Positions 27,580 through 32,511 of a DNA stretch of 32,511 nucleotides are shown here, piece after piece (position 1 is the first letter of the stretch; each line of letters starts with the position of its first letter). The notes under the pieces are model-generated. The model was not told the DNA's origin. It saw only the letters and a list, made by a program, of their open reading frames with translations, and searched no databases. The position numbers and the translations under genes were made by a program. The DNA is taken from the NCBI GenBank assembly GCA_964405545.1, contig CAYOOH010000002.1, forward strand, positions 1 to 32,511, in the 5' to 3' direction. The DNA is from an uncultured Candidatus Saccharimonadales bacterium (GTDB lineage Bacteria > Patescibacteriota > Saccharimonadia > UBA4664).

Positions 27580-28572
27580 TTACAAGAGACCGAGTACTCG
27601 TTTTACCTCAGCCAACTTGGCGTTAGCCAATTCCGACGCACGCTTTCGCCCCCGCTCCAGTTCCTCATCTATCCGTCTGTTCCCGGGCTGCATCAAATCC
27701 ACATACCGCTCCTTGAGCGGCCTCAGACTTTCCTCGACAAGCTCAGCCAAGTCTCCCTTAAATTCACCGTAGCCCCTTCCAGCATAAGCCTGTTCAAGTT
27801 CCGGCACCGATTTACCTCCCAAGACCGACATAATCACGAGCAGGTTGGTTAGTGCCGGCTTATCGGCTCCGCTAGCCACACTACTACCCGAATCAGTTAC
27901 CGCTCGCATCACCTTTTTCTGGGTCAATTTTGGATCCTCACCCAGCAAAATATTACCCGAATCATCCAAGTCACTCTTACTCATCTTACGAGTCGGATCC
28001 TGCAAGTTCATGATCCGCGCCCCTTCCGTCTGAACCGTGGCAGTCGGTACCCGAAACACCGGACCGTGCAGGTTGTTAAACCGAGTCGCAATATCCCGCG
28101 TTAACTCAACGTGTTGCTTCTGGTCCTCGCCCACTGGAACCTCATCGGCATCATAGAGCAAAATATCGGCCGCCATAAGGACCGGATAGTCATACAACCC
28201 GACCAGCTGACCGTCGGCTCCAGCCTTCTGCGACTTATCCTTAAACTGAGTCATCCGATTAAGCTCCCCCACTGTCGTATAGTTGTTCAAAATCCATGTC
28301 AGCTCCGAATGGGCCGGCACCTGCGATTGCATATAGATATAAGACTGACGGTGATCAACGCCACTCGCCAGCAACCAGGCCACCGCAGCCCGACTATCCT
28401 GACGCAAGGCCTCCGGCTGGGGCCGCGACGTCAAGGCATGCAGGTTTGGCACAAAGAAAAAATGCTCGCAACTTGTGTCGGCGCTCATCTGGCCCCACCG
28501 TTTCATCGCTCCCAGATAATTTCCCAACGTCAACTGACCAGTTGGCTTTACGCCCGATAATACTCGCTTCAC
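27580..28572 (-). CDS. trpS: Tryptophan--tRNA ligase
   Basis: 330 aa. N-terminal SGVKPTGQLTLGNYLGA (HIGH-region equivalent), KMSKS, and a typical TrpRS length. The GTG start is preceded by AAAGGGTGG. Confidence 0.95.
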   Translation of the reverse strand: MKRVLSGVKPTGQLTLGNYLGAMKRWGQMSADTSCEHFFFVPNLHALTSRPQPEALRQDSRAAVAWLLASGVDHRQSYIYMQSQVPAHSELTWILNNYTTVGELNRMTQFKDKSQKAGADGQLVGLYDYPVLMAADILLYDADEVPVGEDQKQHVELTRDIATRFNNLHGPVFRVPTATVQTEGARIMNLQDPTRKMSKSDLDDSGNILLGEDPKLTQKKVMRAVTDSGSSVASGADKPALTNLLVIMSVLGGKSVPELEQAYAGRGYGEFKGDLAELVEESLRPLKERYVDLMQPGNRRIDEELERGRKRASELANAKLAEVKRVLGLL

Positions 28573-28614
28573 AATCCACCCTTTCCATTCTTGACCCTCA
28601 CTATACCGTAAAAC

Positions 28615-29685
28615 CTAATCGCCCGTCGACGGCCGGTCCAAGACCAAAGGCTCTACGGCCGGCGTTGTGTCAGCAATCTTAACTACATCCTTATCCACTT
28701 TTTTTAGCTCCTTATGAGCTGCATTAAAGTGATTAACCGTTGTTCCCAATGCACTACCCAACTTCTGCATATACGTCTCGTGCGCTACCAAATGCTGACC
28801 CAACTCCCCTACTCGTTTCTGGATATCCTTAGTCTTCTCCTCGATCTGCAAACTCCGCAAACCCTGAATCACCGTCTGCAAATAAGCCATAAAGCTCGTC
28901 GGCGACACAATAATCACTCTCTTATCCCGAAACGCATACTCAATCAAGTCCCGGGCATTCGTCTGCAAAGCCCCCACCTTGTTGATTAACAAATCATAAT
29001 AAATCGCCTCGCTCGGGATAAACATAAACGCAAAATCCATCGTATTCTCGTTCGGCCGAATATACTTGGCTGTCTCATCAATCCGATTCTTCAAGTCCGT
29101 CTTAATCGCCTTAATGAGGAGATCTTGCTTCGTCTTGTCCTTTTCCTCTACCAGCCGGTTATAGTTCTCGAGCGAAAACTTAGAATCAATTGGTAGCACC
29201 AGCCCCCGATCCAGGCGCACCACCGCGTCCACAATCTCACCATCGGCAAACTTATGCTGCAGCACAAACCGCTCTGGCGGCAGCACATTCTCGAGTACGC
29301 TCTGCAAAAAATACTCCCCCAACACGCCTCGCTGCTTGGGGTTTTGTAGTGTATTTTGCAACAGTTTGAGTTCATCGGTAATACTCATAACCTGCTTATT
29401 GCTTTCTTTGAGCTCAGTCAAATCCCGCGTCACCTCTCCGATCAACCGACTCGAGGCCGCAAACTGCCGACTCATCGCCTCCTGCATCATCGAGTTAGAT
29501 TTATCCAACCGCTCATTCAAAGTCGAATGAATCCCCTGCAGATCCTGCTTGATCATCCCCATCGCCACATCGTTCTTCATCTCCACCCGCATTGTGGCCA
29601 TCTGCCGATTCATCGCCACAATCAGCGCTATAAAACCGCCCACCACAACTGCCACAAACACCACTATTAGCACAATTATCATCAT
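28615..29685 (-). CDS. rmuC: DNA recombination protein RmuC family
   Basis: N-terminal TM, a coiled-coil region, then GVLGEYFLQSVLENVLP, DFAFMFIPSEAIYYDLL and VIIVSPTSFMAYLQ, which are typical of RmuC. The ORF is open to TTG 29721. ATG 29685 is preferred because it sits 7 nt after TGGTATACT. Confidence 0.88.
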   Translation of the reverse strand: MMIIVLIVVFVAVVVGGFIALIVAMNRQMATMRVEMKNDVAMGMIKQDLQGIHSTLNERLDKSNSMMQEAMSRQFAASSRLIGEVTRDLTELKESNKQVMSITDELKLLQNTLQNPKQRGVLGEYFLQSVLENVLPPERFVLQHKFADGEIVDAVVRLDRGLVLPIDSKFSLENYNRLVEEKDKTKQDLLIKAIKTDLKNRIDETAKYIRPNENTMDFAFMFIPSEAIYYDLLINKVGALQTNARDLIEYAFRDKRVIIVSPTSFMAYLQTVIQGLRSLQIEEKTKDIQKRVGELGQHLVAHETYMQKLGSALGTTVNHFNAAHKELKKVDKDVVKIADTTPAVEPLVLDRPSTGD

Positions 29686-29692
29686 ATATAGG

Positions 29693-29701
29693 AGTATACC
29701 A
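29693..29701 (-). promoter_or_regulatory. Extended -10 box (TGGTATACT) 7 nt upstream of ATG 29685 (rmuC)
   Basis: The minus strand reads TGGTATACT CCTATAT ATG ATG. Confidence 0.45.
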
Positions 29702-29759
29702 GTCGTCCCGAAACCAAACAATATCCGAAAAGTAATGACATTTGCAGATACAAATGTTA

Positions 29760-29768
29760 TGGTAAGTA
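29760..29768 (+). promoter_or_regulatory. Candidate extended -10 (TGGTAAGTA) for the PBP gene (leadered, with an SD)
   Basis: TGGTAAGTA lies about 50 nt upstream of TTG 29821. AAGGAG lies at 29809-29814. Confidence 0.35.
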
Positions 29769-29820
29769 ACGTTCTAAGAATGATCGTTGAAAACCCTTTC
29801 CAACAAGTAAGGAGAAAGCC

Positions 29821-32109
29821 TTGAAGCTCCTTCCAAGAAGCATTAAAGGCAAAATGTTGGTTGTCCCCATCTACGGACTAACCATGCTGCTGCTGTTTGG
29901 CAGCGCATATGTGATCGGGCGCATCCAGCTAACCTCCATCCCGGAACCTCCGGCGATCGCAGGCACCGACTCAATCGTCTATGCCGCCGACGGCAAAACC
30001 ATTCTCGGCTACCTCCCTGCACAACAAGGCAGTAGTCGAATCGAATTGCCGCACGAAAAAATCCCCGATCTTATGCGCGATGCCATCCTGGCCGCCGAGG
30101 ACCCAAAGTTCAAAGATCACGGACCAATATCATGGCCCGCTACAGCCAGGGCAGTTGGACAGAGCCTCCTTTACAAGGCCCACCTGGGCGGTAGTATCCA
30201 GGGCGGATCAACCATTACCCAGCAGTTGGCCAAAAATCTCATTGGCGACTTCGATCAGACAGCCAACCGCAAAGTCGACGAAGCCGTCATTGCCTACAAG
30301 CTTGAGAGCAAGTACACCAAGGACCAAATCCTTGATATGTACCTCAATATCATCTACTTCGCTCGCGGAGCCTATGGTATCGAGAGAGCGTCTCAGGTCT
30401 ACTTTGGTCATTCTGCTGCCAAGCTGACGGCCAAAGAAGCCGCCACACTCGCCGCCCTCGTCAAATCGCCCGGATACTACGGCGACAGCGACAACAAAGG
30501 CAACCCCGTCAACGACGATACCACCGCCAGACGCAACTACGTCCTAAGAAACATGCTTGCCGCCAAGACAATCGACCAGGCTACATACAACGCCATCGTC
30601 GGCACTGGCAGCAATAAAGGCCAGGCGGTCAAATTCACGCCGCCGCCCAAGGACACCGATACCGCCAAAAAGTCGGCAGAGCCCTACATCGTAGCCGACG
30701 TGCAACGCACCCTGCTCGCCCAATACGGCACAGTCGAAAACGGTGAGCTCAACACTCAGTTCCCCGAAGCCATGCTGGCTAGAGGTGGCCTGCACATCAC
30801 GACTACCATCGAGTCCGAGGTCCAGACCGCTCTCAATACAGCTGCCAAACGCAATCGGCCAACCAACAACAAAGACCTACTGATTGGTGCGACGCTCATC
30901 AATCCGCTCACTGGTGGCATTGTGGCTACCTACGGCGGAGCCAACTTCGACACCTACCAATACGACAGCGCCACGCAGGTAGTCCGGCCCATTGGTTCGA
31001 CCATGAAGGCCGTCAATGCTGCTAACGCCGTCGCCCATGGTATCTCTCTGATGTCAGTGCTTCAGGCACCGGCCTCAGTCACCATCAACGGCGCCACCAT
31101 TCGCAACTGGGACCACACCAACCACGGCAAAATGACCATCGTCGAAGGCCTGGCCCAGAGCAGTAACACAGTCATGACCGAGTTGAGCAACTGCAAGATG
31201 CCCGACCCCGAGCACCCCGATCAGATCATCGATCTGCCCGGCGTCGACGGCTGTCCCACGAGTTCACAGAATATGATCGACCTGGGGCGCAAAATGGGCC
31301 TCGTCGATCAGCTCGTTCCCGGGACGCCAGATCCAAAAATGGAGCCCGTCACAACCGCCACCCTCGGTGTCAGTTCGCACAGTACTGTTCAGGTGGCGTC
31401 AACCTACGCCACCATCGCGGCACAGGGCATCCATCACACGACTCACCTCATCGGCAAAATCACAACTCCCGATCGTGACGACTACGAATACGAAGACAAG
31501 TCCGACCAGCCCCTGGATGACAACCAAGCCGGCCAGGTAGCTCGAGCCCTCGTCAGTGTCATCACCAACGGTACCGGCAAGGCTGCAGCCGTACCCGGCA
31601 TCGAAACCGCCGGCAAAACTGGCACTGCCACCAACAGCCGCGGTCTAACCAGTGACTCCTGGATGGCCCAGTTCACCGGCGTCGACTCCAACAGTAACCA
31701 GCGGCCGCTTGCTTGCGCTGCCTGGATGGGCTGGAAGGATTCCAACCGTGAGCTGACCTACGGCGGAGGCGTGACTGCTCGCATCTGCGGACAGACAATC
31801 GCCGCAACCGTCCACACCAATGTTCCCATCGCCAACCCGGATCTCAATCAGGGTACCAAGGTTGGCATCATCGATAAGCCGGCCGATCCACAGCCAACAC
31901 TAACCGTGGACCCGACCGTCACCATCGATCCGTCCGATACGCCCGAGCCTGGCCCAAGCGACAGCCCAACACCATCGCCCAAGCCTTCTCCTCAGCCCAC
32001 CCCGACTCCCACCACGGAGCCAACCACCGAGCCCGACCCCAATCCGACGCCTACCAGCCAACCGGACGCGGGCATCGTCTCCACTCCCGACCCCAGCTCA
32101 ACCAGCTAG
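29821..32109 (+). CDS. Class A penicillin-binding protein (bifunctional glycosyltransferase/transpeptidase, PBP1A type) with a Pro/Thr/Ser-rich C-terminal tail
   Basis: GT51 motifs EDPKFKDHGP and GGSTITQQLAKNL. Transpeptidase motifs SxxK (GSTMKAV), SxN (QSSN) and KTG (GKTGTA). The TTG start lies 6 nt after AAGGAG (29809-29814). The tail is PSDSPTPSPKPSPQPTPTPTTEPTTEPDPNPTPTSQP. Confidence 0.93.
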   Translation: MKLLPRSIKGKMLVVPIYGLTMLLLFGSAYVIGRIQLTSIPEPPAIAGTDSIVYAADGKTILGYLPAQQGSSRIELPHEKIPDLMRDAILAAEDPKFKDHGPISWPATARAVGQSLLYKAHLGGSIQGGSTITQQLAKNLIGDFDQTANRKVDEAVIAYKLESKYTKDQILDMYLNIIYFARGAYGIERASQVYFGHSAAKLTAKEAATLAALVKSPGYYGDSDNKGNPVNDDTTARRNYVLRNMLAAKTIDQATYNAIVGTGSNKGQAVKFTPPPKDTDTAKKSAEPYIVADVQRTLLAQYGTVENGELNTQFPEAMLARGGLHITTTIESEVQTALNTAAKRNRPTNNKDLLIGATLINPLTGGIVATYGGANFDTYQYDSATQVVRPIGSTMKAVNAANAVAHGISLMSVLQAPASVTINGATIRNWDHTNHGKMTIVEGLAQSSNTVMTELSNCKMPDPEHPDQIIDLPGVDGCPTSSQNMIDLGRKMGLVDQLVPGTPDPKMEPVTTATLGVSSHSTVQVASTYATIAAQGIHHTTHLIGKITTPDRDDYEYEDKSDQPLDDNQAGQVARALVSVITNGTGKAAAVPGIETAGKTGTATNSRGLTSDSWMAQFTGVDSNSNQRPLACAAWMGWKDSNRELTYGGGVTARICGQTIAATVHTNVPIANPDLNQGTKVGIIDKPADPQPTLTVDPTVTIDPSDTPEPGPSDSPTPSPKPSPQPTPTPTTEPTTEPDPNPTPTSQPDAGIVSTPDPSSTS

Positions 32110-32116
32110 GGTTAAC

Positions 32117-32152
32117 AAAGGGCCGCACTTCACCTCGAAGTGCGGCCCTTTT
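32117..32152. terminator. Bidirectional intrinsic terminator between the convergent PBP and MarR genes
   Basis: AAAGGGCCGCACTTC ACCTC GAAGTGCGGCCCTTT is a perfect 15-bp stem with A/T runs on both sides. Confidence 0.8.
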
Positions 32153-32185
32153 ACAACTCCTCCTGGGCCACCAACTGCCGCTCCC

Positions 32186-32511
32186 CTACCCAAGCGTCTT
32201 CATTAGCCCGTCCACCACCCGCTCAAACACCGTCTCGTCCTGCAAACTCAAATCCGCCAATAATACCTTCTGCTTATCCGCAATCACCTTGGCCGCATCC
32301 ACCACCGCCTGCTCCCCCTTTGGCGTCAAACCCAGCACATTTTCGCGCTTACTGCGTGGGTTCGCCCGCTGCACCACCAACCCACGCGCCCCCAGCACCT
32401 CCGCCTGGCGCGTTACGACCGCCGGTGTCACCTCCAGGTTGCTGGCCAATTCGCGCTGGCTCGCCTCGCCCAGCGCCAACAGGCCATTCAGTACCCGGAA
32501 TTGAGAAAAGG
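32186..32511 (-). CDS. MarR-family transcriptional regulator, partial (N-terminus outside the window)
   Basis: The frame stays open upstream of the tracked start to the window edge. The read FSQFRVLNGLLALGEASQRELASNLEVTPAVVTRQAEVLGARGLVVQRANPRSKRENVLGLTPKG shows a wHTH and wing typical of MarR. Confidence 0.8.
   Translation of the reverse strand, partial: FSQFRVLNGLLALGEASQRELASNLEVTPAVVTRQAEVLGARGLVVQRANPRSKRENVLGLTPKGEQAVVDAAKVIADKQKVLLADLSLQDETVFERVVDGLMKTLG

Overview
Compact, almost fully coding chromosome segment, GC-rich by eye. It looks like a monoderm-type, small-genome bacterium. The gene content and style fit a Patescibacteria/CPR (Saccharibacteria-like) lineage, but I cannot confirm taxonomy without a database search. 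I call 23 CDS, 19 of them on the minus strand. Housekeeping genes are gyrB-gyrA, a membrane protein-pheS-pheT operon, trpS, rmuC, a class A PBP, an L,D-transpeptidase, a divergent PAP2 (DUF212) protein and a partial MarR regulator. No tRNA, rRNA, CRISPR array, transposase or integrase was seen. Three things stand out. (1) An 0.8 kb ORF-free gap (26759-27579) carries a near-consensus promoter followed by a densely helical minus-sense RNA of about 350-500 nt. It has an RNase P-like GGAAAGUCC core, but I could not fit it to the RNase P, tmRNA or T-box architectures. (2) A five-gene operon of signal-peptide proteins (2464-7586) is built around an Asn/Thr/Ser-rich module of about 65-70 aa (TGADSxN ... 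SG ... NTNxG) that I cannot assign to a named family. Two further multidomain surface proteins lie at 1-1502 and 12545-14017. (3) An orphan 1584-aa VirD4/TraD-like P-loop ATPase (14628-19382) has a C-terminal half of about 750 aa of Gly/Ala/Pro-rich low-complexity sequence containing an exact 14-aa duplicated motif. At least six genes also have a -10 box only 6-9 nt upstream of the start codon, which suggests leaderless mRNAs. All coordinates, motifs and helices were read by eye from the sequence, and no search or folding program was run.
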